A DNA stretch of 64,000 nucleotides from Mobula hypostoma. Lineage: Eukaryota. Location: assembly GCF_963921235.1 (NCBI RefSeq), contig NC_086097.1:104038001-104102000 (forward strand), in the 5' to 3' direction. The position numbers were made by a program, and so were the translations under genes. Each line of letters opens with the position of its first letter. Within the stretch, counting starts at the first letter, position 1. Below are positions 49,680 to 62,548 of this stretch, in pieces. Under the pieces are notes generated by a model that ran no database searches, was not told where the DNA came from, and saw only the letters and a list, made by a program, of their open reading frames with translations.

Positions 49680-51391
49680 TAAACTTATATGGCAGGGGGA
49701 TGGGAACCAGTGTGATAAAGCTGAGGATGAGCCAGCAGGTTTACAAGCAGATGATGTAATATCTCATATGAATGTAAGGAAGGACAAGCCAATGATTAGG
49801 TACAACTGCAGGCAGAGCGAAGAGTCAAGTTGTACCACAGAGGCAAAATTCATAAGGGCAAAGAATGCAGGACTTGAAGGTGCTGTATTTAAATGCACGT
49901 AGCATTCAGAATAAGGTGGAGGAACTCATGGCGCAATTAGAGATTGGTTGGTCTGATATGGCCATCACTGAGTCGTGGCTGAGAGAAGGTCATAGTTGGG
50001 AGTTTAACATCAAAGGATATACTTTGTATCATAAGGACAGGCAGGAAGGCAGTGGTGTGGCTTTGTTGGTAAGAGATGGAATTACATCTTTAGAAAGAGG
50101 TGCCATAAGGTCAGAGAATGTTGCATTTTTGTGGGTGGAGTTAAGAAACTGCAAAAAATCCATTATGGGAATTATATAAAGGCCTTCAAATAGTATCCAA
50201 GATGTAGGGTTGAGATTGCAAAGAGAGCTGGAAAGGGCATGTAATAAGGTAATGTCACAATTGTAATGGGGGACTTCACTATGTAAGGGGGATTGGGAAA
50301 ATCAGATTGGTGTTCTGAGGATAAGTCCTTCAGTAGTTTATCCGGTTGTAGCTCCATGGAAGCTTGTATGGCCTGACATAGACTGGCATTTGTTAGAGGT
50401 AAAAAGGAAAGAAAGATATAAAACAGATTTGGTAAATGCATTTAACTGTCATGTGATGGAAAAGTATAGTGATTATACCCACATTTATACGGATGGTGCG
50501 AAGGAACCTGAAACAGGAGTGACAGGGTTTGGGGTGGTAATACCAGCAAAAGAAATTGGAATCAGCAGAAGAACATCTAATAAGTTAGGGGTGTTTACAG
50601 TGGAGATGCTGGCAGTGTTGGTTGCGTTACAATGGGTGCAGAAAGCCAGACAAGCCAAAGCATTGATATGTTCAGATTCATCCTCAGTTCTAGCAAGTTT
50701 AAGGTCTTTTCACACAAACAGTTGGCAAGATGTACTTTATGAAGTCCTTCAGTTAGTTACAAGAATTGCAAATCAGGGAGGTCAGGTAAAACTTCTATGG
50801 GTTCCAGCACATGTAGGGGTGAAGGGGAATGAGAGGGTGGATAGTTGGCAAAGAGGGCGTTAAAGAAAGAAAATGTGGAAATGCACATTAGTATCAGTAA
50901 AGCAGAGGTTAAGTGTGTAATCTGGGAAAAAGTCAACCGAATGTGGCAAGAAAGATGGGACAGGGAGGGGAAAGGGAGGCATTTATATCAAATACAAAAG
51001 AGTGTTGCAGTTACTAGGGAAGGTAATGGAAACAGAAGAGAGGAAATTGTGCGGACTAGGTTAAGGCTGGGGCATTGTGCATTAAACAAAACATTGAAAA
51101 TGATAGGGAAACACCAGACAGGATTGTGTGAGGAATGTCAGGAAGAGGAGTCAGTAGAACATGTAGTTCTGAGTTGCAGGAAGTATGGGATACAGAGAGA
51201 GTTGATGAGAAATAAATTAAGGGAGTTGGGGATGCAGGAATTCACATTAAAAGGGTTGCTGGGCATGGGTGAGAGAGCACAAGTCCGAGTATTTTTAGCA
51301 TTTTTAAGGGGTACAGGGGTTTTTTATAGAATATGACGAATAAACAGGAATAGGATACTAGGATGGTTAAAGATGGGAGGGTGAAGTGTAG

Positions 51392-51434
<43 letters not shown>

Positions 51435-51730
51435 AAGGGATTTAGAATGTATGTCTAGTGCACATCCTGGAGCAGAGGGTGGCGGTAATGCACCATTAAG
51501 CTGGATGCCAACCGCTGTAAAACAAGATACAGACAGATTGGTGTTGAGGGAATTTGTTGAATGCCCATGAGATGGCTTTTTAGAGCAAGGTGTGCTTGAG
51601 TCTACTAGGGGAAAGGCCATCTTAGATTGGTTGTTGTGTAATAACCCTGATCTTATTAGGAAGGTTAATATAAGGGAACCCTTAGGATGCAGTGATCATA
51701 ATATGATTGAATTCACACTTCAATTTGAGA
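49680..51730 (+). mobile_element. CR1 endonuclease region, split by the Nimb/I insertion at 50315-51533
   Basis: LKVLYLNARSIQNK…ITESWL…MGDF before the insertion; EFVEC..DGFLEQ…AILD…PLG.SDHNMIEF after it. Confidence 0.85.
50315..51533 (+). mobile_element. 5'-truncated Nimb/I-group LINE with RNase H and CCHC zinc knuckle
   Basis: IYTDGAK…EMLAV…CSDSSS…WVPAHVGVKGNERVD (RNase H) and RLRLGH…CEEC…ESVEHVVLSC. The 3' UTR has (GT)n and GGTGGCGGTAATGCACC. A 12-bp TSD CAGATTGGTGTT is at 50303-50314 and 51534-51545. One frameshift near 50845. Confidence 0.9.
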
Positions 51731-51734
51731 GGGC

Positions 51735-53888
51735 CTCAGGTTTGCTAGAGCTGTTGGGGAGGGATTAAACTAGTTTGGCAGCGGGGTGGGAATCAGAATG
51801 TGAGTGCAGAGATTCGGGTAGAAGGACAAGGGCATGATGCTGTGTGTTCTGAGTTGGTGAGGAAAGACAGGCAGGGGACAAAACATAAATGTAGCCAGCT
51901 AGAGGGGTTTCAGCACTAGGAGTATTAGGAATAAAGGGGATGAACTTGGAGCATGGTTCAGTACAGTACATGGAACTACGATGTTGTGGCCGTTACTGAA
52001 ACTTGGCTGGAGGAAGAGCAGGATTGGCTGATGCAGGTACTGGGGTTTAGGTGTTTTAAAAGGAATAGGATGGGAGGTAGAAAGTGTGGGGGGGGGTAGA
52101 GTAGCATTACTGGTCAGGGATAGTGTCACGGCTATAGAAAGGGAGGACACTGCAGAGGGAGTGTCCACTGAGTCGGGGTGGGTGGAAATCAGAAATAGGA
52201 AGGGATCAATCACTGTGATGGGAGTAGTCTATAGGCCCCCAAGTAGCCCTCGGGACACCGAGGAGCAGATAAGCAGGCAGATTTTAGAATGGTGCAGGAA
52301 ATATAGGGTTGTAGTTATGGGTGATTTCAACTTCCCTCATATGACTGGCATCTCCTGACTGCAAGGGGGATAGATGGGGCTGAATTTGTCAGGTGTGTTC
52401 AAGAAGGATTCCTGACACAGTATGTGGACTGGCCGACAAGAGGAGAGGCCATACTGGATCTAGTTCTGGGTAATGAACCTGGTCAGGTGGCAGACCTCTT
52501 GGTGGGGGAGCATTTAGGTGACAGTGACCACAACTCCCTTAGCTTCAGCATAGCTATGGAAAAGGATAAAAACAGACAAAATGGGAAAGTGCTTAACTGG
52601 GGAAGGGCTATGAAGGGATGAGGCAGGAACTAGTGAGAGTAAATTGGAAACAGATGTTCAAGGGTGAAAGCACAGAAGTAATGTGGAGGAAGTTTAGGGA
52701 CAACTTGTGCTGGGTTCAGGATAGGTTTGTCCCATTGAGACAAGGAAAAAATGGTAGGAAAAGGGAACCATGGCTGACGAAACACGTGAGGCAACTTGTC
52801 AAGATGAAGGAAATATATGTTAGATATAAGAAGCAGGAAGCAGGAAGCAGGAGAGGCTCATGACAAATATAGGGTAGCCAGGAAGGAGCTTAAGAAAGGA
52901 CTTAGGAGAGCTTGAAAGGGGCATGAGAAGGCCTTGCATGTAGGATTAAGGAGAACCCCAAGGCGTTCTCTATGTATCTGAAGAACAGAAGGATGACAAG
53001 AATGAAGGCCAAAGGATGAAGAAGGCAACATGTACCTGGAGGGTGGGGAGGTCCTAAATGAATACTTTGCTTCAGTATTAACAAGTGAAAAGGACCTTGA
53101 TCAGGGTGAGGTCGAAATAGAACAGGCCTGTGTGCTGGACAATGTGGAGATTAAGGAATAAGTAGTGCTGGATCTTCTTAAAAAACATCAAGATTGATAA
53201 GTCCCCAGGGCAGGATGTGATATACCCCAGGTTGCTGTGGGAAGTGAGGGAAGAGATTGCTGGAACAGTAGCTATGATCTTTGAATCCTCTTTGGCTGCA
53301 GGGGAGGTGCCGGAGGATTGGAGAATGGCAAATATAGTTCCCTTGTTTAAAAAAGGTGATAGGGAGAATCTTGGGAACTATAGATCAATGAGTCTTACGT
53401 CAGTGGTCTGCAAACTATTGGAAAGGATTCTTAAGGATAGGATCTACGAGCATTTGGAGAAGTACAGTCTACTCAAGGATAGTCAACATGGCTTTGTGAA
53501 GGATAGGTCGTGCCTTACGAGCCTAATTGAGTTTTTTGAAGAGGTAACAAAAGAAATTGATGAGGGTAGGGCGGTAGATGTGGTCTATGTGGATTTTCGC
53601 AAGGCATTTGACAAGGTCCCGCTTGAGAGACTCATCCAGAAAGTCATGAGGCATGGGATCAGTGGAACCTTGGCTGTCTGGATAAAAAATTGGGTTACAG
53701 GAAGAAAGCAGAGGGTAGTAGTGGAAGGAAAGTATTCTGCCTGGAGGTCGGTGACTAGTGGAGTGCCGCAAGGATCTGTCCTGGGACCCCTGCTCTTTGT
53801 GATTTTTATAGATGACCTGGATGAAGAGGCAGAAGGATGGATGAGTAAGTTTGCAGACGACACGAAGATTGGAGGAGTTGTGGATAGA
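51735..53888 (+). mobile_element. CR1 LINE (ORF1 end, endonuclease, RT), 3'-truncated
   Basis: [40 protein letters not shown] and FADDTKIGG motifs, with frameshifts. Confidence 0.95.
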
Positions 53889-54779
53889 TTGCAGTGTTTG
53901 TTTTCCATAGAGTGTGATTAATTTGGTAGTTAGTAGTTTTGTTTGCTGCAGGTCGTTGCTATGCTTCACCAACGCCATCTTAAACCGAAAGCTGGTACTC
54001 TGCAATAAATTTGATGCCTTTTAATGTACTTTGCATTAGCATTACATTATTCATCCAGATATTCTCCTTAATTATGTCAATGAGAGGTGAGTGTAAAACC
54101 TGTGATCCACTGGAGGCCAAATCAGAAGGGCAGAGTCGAACCACACAGTAGAGGTGATAATTGGCCATGAATTAGGATATTGAATGTGGAAACAAATGTA
54201 ATGCCCTGTTTATGATTTCTACTGCTATGCTGTGAGGTATTTTTATTTTCAGCAGCTTTCTACAACCGCAGTGTGTCCTAAGTAGTGAGCTTGATAGATT
54301 AGTGTTTTGACTTCAGCTGAAGATAAAATGGCATTTAGCAATTTGCCAAATTAGGACTGTTATGTCAGCCAATCAGGTTTGTCTTGGTAATGTGTTGTAA
54401 CACTTTGCCCAGTGGGATGCTGTGAAAGATTCGAGAGAGCTGGAGCTGGGCAGGATCAGATTTCTGAAGGATGGCAGTCTGGCTTAGGGTCTTTTGGAAG
54501 GAGCTGTGGAGTGAGCACAAGGGAAGATGATTGAAGGGAAGACCCATTGTGAGAAGTGCTTTGTGCAGATGAATGGTCCCAAAAAGGAAGTGTCAATACT
54601 CCCGAGTTAGCCAGCTAACTGTGGCTGGTATTTGTATTTATTTCTTACATCCAAGGGAGTAAAATTTTTTATGTTGTGTCTCCATTGCAATGTACAAGTA
54701 ATAAAGAGGGGAAATGTGGGAAGATATTGCCCAGACACTAAGATTGTATACATTATTGTTTTGTATATGTGTACAGTCA

Positions 54780-54870
54780 GATATGCAACCAGATCAATGT
54801 GTTTCTGACCGCCTGGTGAAAGAAACTGTTCCGGAGCTTGTTGGTCCTGGTCTTAGGCGGAAACGGGCGA
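54780..54870 (-). mobile_element. Short Rex-Babar ORF C-terminal fragment
   Basis: KTRTNKLRNSFFHQAVR. Confidence 0.55.
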
Positions 54871-54879
54871 GGCGGGAAG

Positions 54880-57800
54880 GTTTGGTATTCATTTTTTGTT
54901 GTTATTTGAGGATAGGGGCAGTATGAGTGTGAGGGCAGTTTGTTGTTCTCGGTGCCGGATGTGGGAGGCCCTGGAGTCTCCAAGCCTCCCGGACGTCCAC
55001 ATCTGCACCAGGTGCGCCGAGATGCAGCTCCTAAGGGACTGCGTTAGGGAACTGGAGCTGCAGCTCGATGACCTTCGTCTGGTCAGGGAGAGTGAGGAGT
55101 TGATAGAGAGGAGTTATAGGCAGGTGGTGACACCGGGGCCACGGGAGGCAGACAAGTGGGTCACGGTTAGGAGGGGGAAAGGGAAGAGTCAGGAAATAGA
55201 GAGTACCCCGGTGGCTGTACCCCTTAACAATAGGTACTCCTGTTTGAGTACTATTGGGTGGGAGAGCACACCTGGGGGAAGCAACAGTGGCCGTGCCTCT
55301 GGCACAGAGTCTGGCCCTGTAGCTCAGAAGGGTAGGGAAAGGACGAGGAGGGCAGTTGTAATAGGGGACTCGATAGTAAGGGGGTCAGATAGGCGATTCT
55401 GTGGACGCAGTCCAGAGACCCGGATGGTAGTTTGCCTCCCTGGTGCCAGGGTCCGGGATATTTCTGATCGTGTCCAAGATATCCTGAAGTGGGAGGATGA
55501 GGAGACAGAGGTCATGGTACATATAGGTACCAATGACATAGGTAGGAAAAGGGAAGAGGTCCTGAAAGGAGAATATAGGGAGTTAGGAAGGGAGTTGAGA
55601 AAAAGGACTGCAAAGGTAGTAATCTTGGGATTACTGCCTGTGCTACGCGACAGTGAGAGTAGGAATACAATGAGGTGGAGGATAAATGTGTGGCTGAGGG
55701 ATTGGAGCAGGGGGCAGGGATTCAAGTTTTTGGATCATTGGGACCTCTTTTGGCGCAGGTGTGACCTGTACAAAAAGGATGGGTTACACTTGAATCTTAG
55801 GGGGACCAATATCCTGGCGGGGAGATTTGCGAGGGCTACTGAGGTGACTTTAAACTAGAATGGTTGGGGGGTGGGAATCAAATTAAAGAGACTAGGAGAG
55901 AGGAGGTTAGTTCACAACAGGGGAATGGGAACCAGTGCAGAGAGACAGAGGGGTGTAAAATGAGGGTAGAAGCAAAAAGTAGTAAGGTGAAAAGTAAAAG
56001 TGGCAGGCCGGCAAATCCAGGGCAAAAATCAAAAAGGGCCACTTTTCAACATAATTGTATAAGGGCTAAGAGTGTTGTAAAAGCAAGCCTGAAGGCTTTG
56101 TGTGTCAATGCAAGGAGCATTCGTAACAAGGTGGAGGAATTAAAAGTGCAGATTGTTATTAATGAATATGATATAGTTGGGATCACAGGGACATGGCTCC
56201 AGGGTGACAGAGGATGGGAGCTCAGCATTCAGGGATATTCAATATTCAGGAGGGATAGACATGAAAGAAAAGGAGGTGGGGTAGCATTGCTGGTTAGAGG
56301 GGAGATTAATGCAATAGAAAGGAAGGACATTAGCCAGGAGGATGTGGAATCGATATGGGTAGAGCTGCATAACACTAAGGGGCAGAAAATGCTGGTGGGA
56401 GTTGTGTACAGGCCACCTAACAGAGGTAGTGAGGTTGGGGATGGTATTAAACAGGAAATTAGAAATGTGTGCAATAAAGGAACAGCAGTTATAATGGGTG
56501 ACTTCAATCTACATATAGATTGGGTGAACCAAATTGGTAAGGGTGCTGAGGAAGAGGATTTCTTGGAATGTATGCGGGATGGATTTTTGAACCAACATGT
56601 CGAGGAACCAACTAGAGAGCAGGCTATTCTAGACTGGGTATTGAGCAATGAGGAAGGGTTAATTAGCAATCTTGTCATGAGAGGCCCCTTGGGTAAGAGT
56701 GACCATAATATGGTGGAATTCTTCATTAAGATGGAGAGTGACATAGTTAATTCAGAAACAAAGGTTCTAAACTTAAAGAAGGGTAACTTTGAAGGTATGA
56801 GACGTGAATTAGCTAAGATAGACTGGCAAATGACACTTAGATGGTGGATATGCAATGGCAAGCTTTTAAAGATTGCATGGATGAACTACAACAATTGTTC
56901 ATCCCAGTTTGGCAAAAGAATAAATCAAGGAAGGTAGTGCACCCATGGCTGACAAGAGAAATTAGGGATAGTATCAATTCCAAAGAAGAAGCATACAAAT
57001 TAGCCAGAAAAAGTGGCTCACCTAAGGACTGGGAGAAATTCAGAGTCCAGCAGAGGAGGACAAAGGGCTTAATTAGGAAGGGGAAAAAAATTATGAGAGA
57101 AAACTGGCAGGGAACATAAAAACTGACTGTAAAAGCTTTTATAGATATGTGAAAAGAAAAAGACTGGTTAAGACAAATGTAGGTCCCATATAGACAGAAA
57201 CAGGTGAATTGATTATGGGGAGCAAGAACATGGCAGACCAATTGAATAACTACTTTGGTTCTGTCTTCACTAAGGAGGACATAAATAATCTTCCGGAAAT
57301 AGTAGGGGACAGAGGGAAATACATGTTAGTAGGGAAGTGGTGTCAGGTAAATTGAAGGGATTAAAGGCAGATAAATCCCCAGGGCCAGATGGTCTGAATC
57401 CCAGAGTGCTTAAGGAAGTAGCCCAAGAAATAGTGGATGCATTAGTGATAATTTTTCAAAACTCTTTAGATTCTGGACTAGTTCCTGAGGATTGGAGGGT
57501 GGCTAATGTAACCCCACTTTTTAAAAAAAGGAGGGAGAGAGAAACCGGGGAATTATAGACCGGTTAGCCTAACATCGATGCTGGGCAAAATGCTAGAGTC
57601 AGTTATCAAAGATGTGATAACAGCACATTTGGAAAGCGGTGAAATCATCGGACAAAGTCAGCATGGATTTGTGAAAGGAAAATCATGTCTGACGAATCTC
57701 ATAGAATTTTTTGAGGATGTAACTAGTAGAGTGGATAGGGGAGAACCAGTGTGTGCGGTATATTTGGATTTTCAAAAGGCTTTTGACAAGGTCCCACACA

Positions 57801-58430
57801 GATTAGTGTGCAAACTTAAAGCACACGGTATTGGGGGTAAGGTATTGATGTGGATAGAGAATTGGTTGGCAGACAGGGAGCAAAGAGTGGGAATAAACGG
57901 GACCTTTTCAGAATGGCAGGCAGTGACTAGTGGGGTACCGCAAGGGTCGGTGCTAGGACCCCAGTTGTTTACAATATATATTAATGACTTAGATGAGGGA
58001 ATTAAATGCAGCATCTCCAAGTTTGTGGATGACACAAAGCTGGGCAGCAGTGTTAGCTGTGAGGGGGATGCTAAGAGGATGCAGGGTTACTTGAATAGGT
58101 TAGGTGAGTGGGCAAATTCATGGCAGATGCAATTTAATGTGGATAAATGTGAGGTTATCCACTTTGGTGGCAAAAACAGGAAAACAGATGATCTGAATGT
58201 GGCCGATTAGGAAAAGGGGAGGTGCAACGAGACCTGGGTGTCATTATACACCAGTCATTGAAAGCGGGCATGCAGGTACAGCAGGCGGTGAAAAAGGCGA
58301 ATGGTATGCTGGCATTTATAGCAAGAGGATTTGAGTACAGGAGCAGGGAGGAACTACTGCAGTTGTACAAGGCCTTGGTGAGACCACACCTGGAGTATTG
58401 TGTGCAGTTTTGGTCCCCTAATCTGAGGAA
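54880..58430 (+). mobile_element. Near-full-length CR1 LINE: open ORF1 plus frameshifted ORF2, 3'-truncated
   Basis: ORF1 at 54896..55858. ORF2 APE domain at 55864..56937; RT pieces run to 58430 (LVRPHLEYCVQFWSP). Confidence 0.97.
54923..55858 (+). CDS. CR1 ORF1p (zinc finger, coiled coil, SGNH/GDSL esterase), element-encoded
   Basis: The ATG at 54923 starts MSVRAVCCSRC…CTRC, followed by a heptad region, GDS, HIGTND and DGLHLN. The frame is uninterrupted. Confidence 0.85.
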   Translation: MSVRAVCCSRCRMWEALESPSLPDVHICTRCAEMQLLRDCVRELELQLDDLRLVRESEELIERSYRQVVTPGPREADKWVTVRRGKGKSQEIESTPVAVPLNNRYSCLSTIGWESTPGGSNSGRASGTESGPVAQKGRERTRRAVVIGDSIVRGSDRRFCGRSPETRMVVCLPGARVRDISDRVQDILKWEDEETEVMVHIGTNDIGRKREEVLKGEYRELGRELRKRTAKVVILGLLPVLRDSESRNTMRWRINVWLRDWSRGQGFKFLDHWDLFWRRCDLYKKDGLHLNLRGTNILAGRFARATEVTLN

Positions 58431-58830
58431 AAGTTTCTGATGATAAACCTCTAAGAAAATAGAAGTGCTGCCCTGCCTTCTTCGTAATGGCACTTATGTG
58501 CTGGCCCTAGGACACATCCTCTTGTGTGCAACAGAGGGGTACATGATAATGTGAGAGTGCAAAACTGGATGCTTGATGGTCAGTAGGTACTCAGTGGCCA
58601 AAGGGCCTGTTTCTGTGGTGTATCTCTGCATGATTTCACAAAGGAGTAGGGTTTCTCCACCTATGGCTTGGTAGCATGCACCCTGTGAAACCAGACATTC
58701 TACGCAGGCGTTGACTTACTAGAAGTTCTGCAAACATTTTACCTTATTTTCTGCCACTGAGCCAATTTTAGATTCAACTTGTCACTTTCACTTGGATCCT
58801 ATTTGTATTTTACTTGTTTTGACATTTTAG

Positions 58831-60376
58831 TGTGACGGGATCCTGAATTACCCCTATAAACTGGGCTGAATTACCCTTATGAACTGTGCTTTTGAAAAGA
58901 GAGTTATTTAACATCGATACCTTGTTTTGGAGAGACAGAGAGAGACGAAGACTAACTGTTGGACTGTCACTTTAAGGCACTGGAAGTAACTTTTGGATTT
59001 CTGCTGAGTTGGTGAGAGAGATGGCACCGAGCAGCTCGTAAGTTGCTATGGTAACCGAGGGCAGTTATTTGATGGATAATCGATGTTATGATTTTTCAGC
59101 AGCGTGTTGATACTTCCCAAGGACATGGCATGCTTGTACATTTCTTGCACAGACAAAGGAAGGAGCAGTTATTTGAGTGACAGTTGATGCTCAGCATGGG
59201 AAAATAAAATAAAGGTCAGATGACAGACCTCAGACATGTTTTGGACACTGAATGAGCTTTGTTGTGCCCGCAGAAAAAGTGGGCTTTTGGCGGATCGATC
59301 AGTGGCTTTTGCAGTGGAAAGGAAAGAGGTTGACTGGTGGGGAGTTGTCCATGTGTCCACCCTCGCCTGGGTGATAGCTCCACCACAGAAAACTGGTCCT
59401 CTTTGTTGGGGTCACAGTCAGTGACTTTTAAAGGATTTTGGAGGACAATGGGAAGATCCATGGCGTCAGCTCACCTGAAGACTCAAATCTCTCCCTCTCT
59501 CCATCACTATTCAACTCAATACCACAAACTGAACTGAACTGAACTTTACTCATTATCGTAAGAAACCATAGAAAAACTACAGCACAGAAATAGGCCTTTT
59601 GGCCCTTCTTGGCTGTGCTGAACCATTTTCTGCCTAGTCCCACTGACCTGCACACAGACCATATCCCTCCATACACCTCCCATCCATGTATCTATCCAAT
59701 TTATTCTTAAATGTTAAAAAAGAACCCACATTTACCTGGCAGCTCATTCCATACTCCCACCGCTCTCTGTGTGAAGAAGCCCCCCCCCAATGTTCCCTTT
59801 AAACTTTTCCCCCCTCACCCTTAACCCATGTCCTCTGGTTTTTTTCTCCCCTTGCCTCAGTGGAAAAAGCCTGCTTGCCTTCACTCTATCTATACCCATC
59901 ATAATTTTATATACCTCTATCAAATCTCCCCTCATTCTTCTACGCTCCAGGGAATAAAGTCCTAATCTATTCAACCTTTCTCTGTAACTGAGTTTCTCAA
60001 GTCCCGGCAACATCCTTGTAAACCTTCTCTGCACTCTTTCAACCTTATTTATATCCTTCCTGTAATTTGGTGACCAAAACTGAATACTCCAGATTCGGCC
60101 TCACTAATGCCTTATACAACCTCATCATAACTCTAGGGGTAAAAAGACTGTATCTTTTTACCCCTAGACTTAAAGAAGCTTGGTTTTTCACATATATTTC
60201 CACACTTACTGATTTACTTACTTATATATAATCATTGCTAACCTGTTTGATTTATGTACATTTATATTACTGTATTGCATAGCTACTAATAAATATCATT
60301 AGTTAATAGCAATACTGGACTCCAAAGTGTTTTCTATTTCTGTTGGTTCTTTATTCCCGTCACAGGGTACGTGACA
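58831..60376 (+). mobile_element. Solo LTR (probably Gypsy-type) interrupted by a CR1 3' end
   Basis: TGT…ACA termini. TGTGACGGGA (58831) is inverted at TCCCGTCACA (60355). The 4-bp flanks are TTAG/CTAG, AATAAA lies near 60288, and there is no internal ORF. Confidence 0.7.
59562..60131 (-). mobile_element. CR1 3' end inserted in the solo LTR
   Basis: QRRFTRMLPGL…RRMRGDLIEVYK…TRGH, plus a CR1 3' UTR and tail. Confidence 0.92.
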
Positions 60377-60554
60377 CTAGATTCCTAAAAAAATCAATAC
60401 AAATACAAATTTTTCTCTTGGAGGACAAGCCTTAAATTAGCTAACTATGCTTAAAGTAATATTGTGGTTTTGTTGCTCCATCACAGAATGCAGAACAAAA
60501 AAATATTTTAGTCAGTAAGAAAAATAAGAGAAGCATGTTGACCAGCGATATTAG

Positions 60555-60645
60555 ACATCACAAAATGCTGGAGGAACTCAGCAGGCCAGGCAGCATCTAG
60601 GAAAAGAGTACAGTCAACGTTTCCGGCTGAGACCCTTCAGCAGGA
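60555..60645 (-). mobile_element. Penelope-like terminal fragment with degenerate minimal hammerhead core
   Basis: The minus strand reads CTGCTGA-AGGGTCTCAGCCG-GAAAC, versus the hammerhead core CUGANGA…GAAA. Confidence 0.6.
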
Positions 60646-61307
60646 AGTTCATGATTTGACATCCAGAGCTCAGGGACACTAATAATCTGAAAATCATTAT
60701 CATCAGGTGCCATGCCCAGTTTGAGCTTTGACTGCCATGGCCCACACACTCCTGTTTCGGGTCAAGTGGATCAATTCATTGGTATTCATTTCCAGTTCTC
60801 TGGCTGCTGTCTCCATCATCATTTGTCTTTGTCTTCCTCTTGCTTTTTTCCCTTCAATCTTTCCCATAATTACCGTGCATTCCAACTCCTCTTTCCTAAT
60901 CACATGTCCAATGATATCACGTTGCCTTTATTTCTCTTTTTGTGTTTGCTCTGTTCATGACATCCTTATTTGATATCCATTTCATCCATGATATTCTTTG
61001 TATCCTCCTCAAAAAACCACATCCCTACTGCTTCAATTCATTTCCTCATGTTACTTGATATTGTCCAACATTCTGAGCCATATAACATAACTGGATAAAC
61101 CTAACATTTCGGTACTCTGAGGTGGGTTGTCATGCCTAGCTTAGTGTTGGTCAGTATACTCTTCATTCTCGTAAAGGTGTCTTTTGCCATCCTTATTCTT
61201 CTCTTGATGTCCATGTTGCACCTGCCATCTGATATCACCCAACTTCCTCACCATATATTCTGGAATAATACCAGAAGAATGAAAAAATTCAGTATTTATC
61301 ACTCTTC

Positions 61308-61906
61308 CTGAGTATAGGAGTTGGGATGTAATGTTAAAATTGTACAAGGCATTGGTGAGGCCAAATTTGGAGTATTGTGTACAGTTCTGGTCACCGAATT
61401 ATAGGAAAGATGTCAACAAAATAGAGAGTGCAGAGGAGATTTACAAGAATGTTACCCAGGTTTCAGCACCTAAATTACAGAGAAAGGTTGAACAAGTTAG
61501 GTCTTTATTCTTTGTAGAAGGTTGAGGGGGGACTTGATAGAGGTATTTAAAATTATTAGGGGGATAGATAGAGTTGACGTGGATAGGCTTTTTCCATTGA
61601 GAGTAGGGGAGATTCAAACAAGAGGACATGAGTTGAGAGTTAAGGGGCAAAAGTTTAGGGGGTAAAACGAGGGGGAACTTCTTTACTTAGAGTAGTAAAT
61701 TCCACTGTGTGGAATGAGCTTCCAGTAGAAGTGGTAGAGGCAGGTTCGATTTTGTCATTTAAAAAAAAATTGGATAGGTATATGGACAGGAAAGGAATGG
61801 AGGGTTACAGGCTGAGTGCAGATAGATGGGACTAGGTGAGAGTAAGCGTTCGGCACGGACGAGAAGGGCCGAGATGGCCTGCTTCCTTGCTGTAATTGTT
61901 ATATGG
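61308..61906 (+). mobile_element. CR1 3' end nested in the RTE
   Basis: LYKALVRPNLEYCVQFWSP through the 3' UTR. It interrupts the RTE frame between FITLP and KPGAIEC. Confidence 0.92.
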
Positions 61907-62489
61907 AAACCTGGAGCAATAGAATGTGAACTACATAGGACCATAAGTTTAATGAGTCATATCACTAAGATACTTCTAAGAGTTTTGATGACAAGAGCTA
62001 AAAGTAAGGTACAAACTGAAATAGGTAAAGAACAATGTGGTTTTGTGAAAGACAAAGGTACAAGAAACGCGATATTGATGTTAAGGATACTATCAGAACG
62101 AGCTATTCAAGTGCAAAAATATTTGTTTCTTTTATTGACTACACAAAAGCATTTGATAAAAGTGAAGCACAATAAGTTATTCCAAATATTACAGGAAACT
62201 CTAGACCTGGATTCAAAAGACCTCCGCCTAATCAGTAGTCTGTACTGGGAACAAACCACCGCTGTAAGAATAGATGGAGAAGTGTCAGTTTACGAAAATC
62301 AAGAGAGGCGTTAGACAAGGGTGTGTTTTCTCCCCTGATTTATTTAATGCGTACAGTGAAACAATATTACAAAATATAAGAGACATCTTGGGAATCAAAG
62401 TTGGCGGTGAAAACATCAATAACTTTAGATATGCGGATGATACTGTGTTAATTGCAAGTACGGAGGAAGAACTACAAAACTTAATTGAT

Positions 62490-62548
62490 ATAGAACATAG
62501 AATAGTACAGCACATTACAGGCCCTTCGGCCCACAATGTTGTGCCGAC
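62490..62548 (-). mobile_element. ~60-bp CR1/SINE 3' tail nested in the RTE RT
   Basis: ATAGAACATAGAATAGTACAGCAC…GGCCCTTCGGCCC splits the RTE reading [13 protein letters not shown]. Confidence 0.75.

Noticed and set aside
53952..53994. Candidate short plus-strand exon after TTTGTTTGCTGCAG
   Set aside because: Weak donor (GTACTC) and no recognisable peptide.
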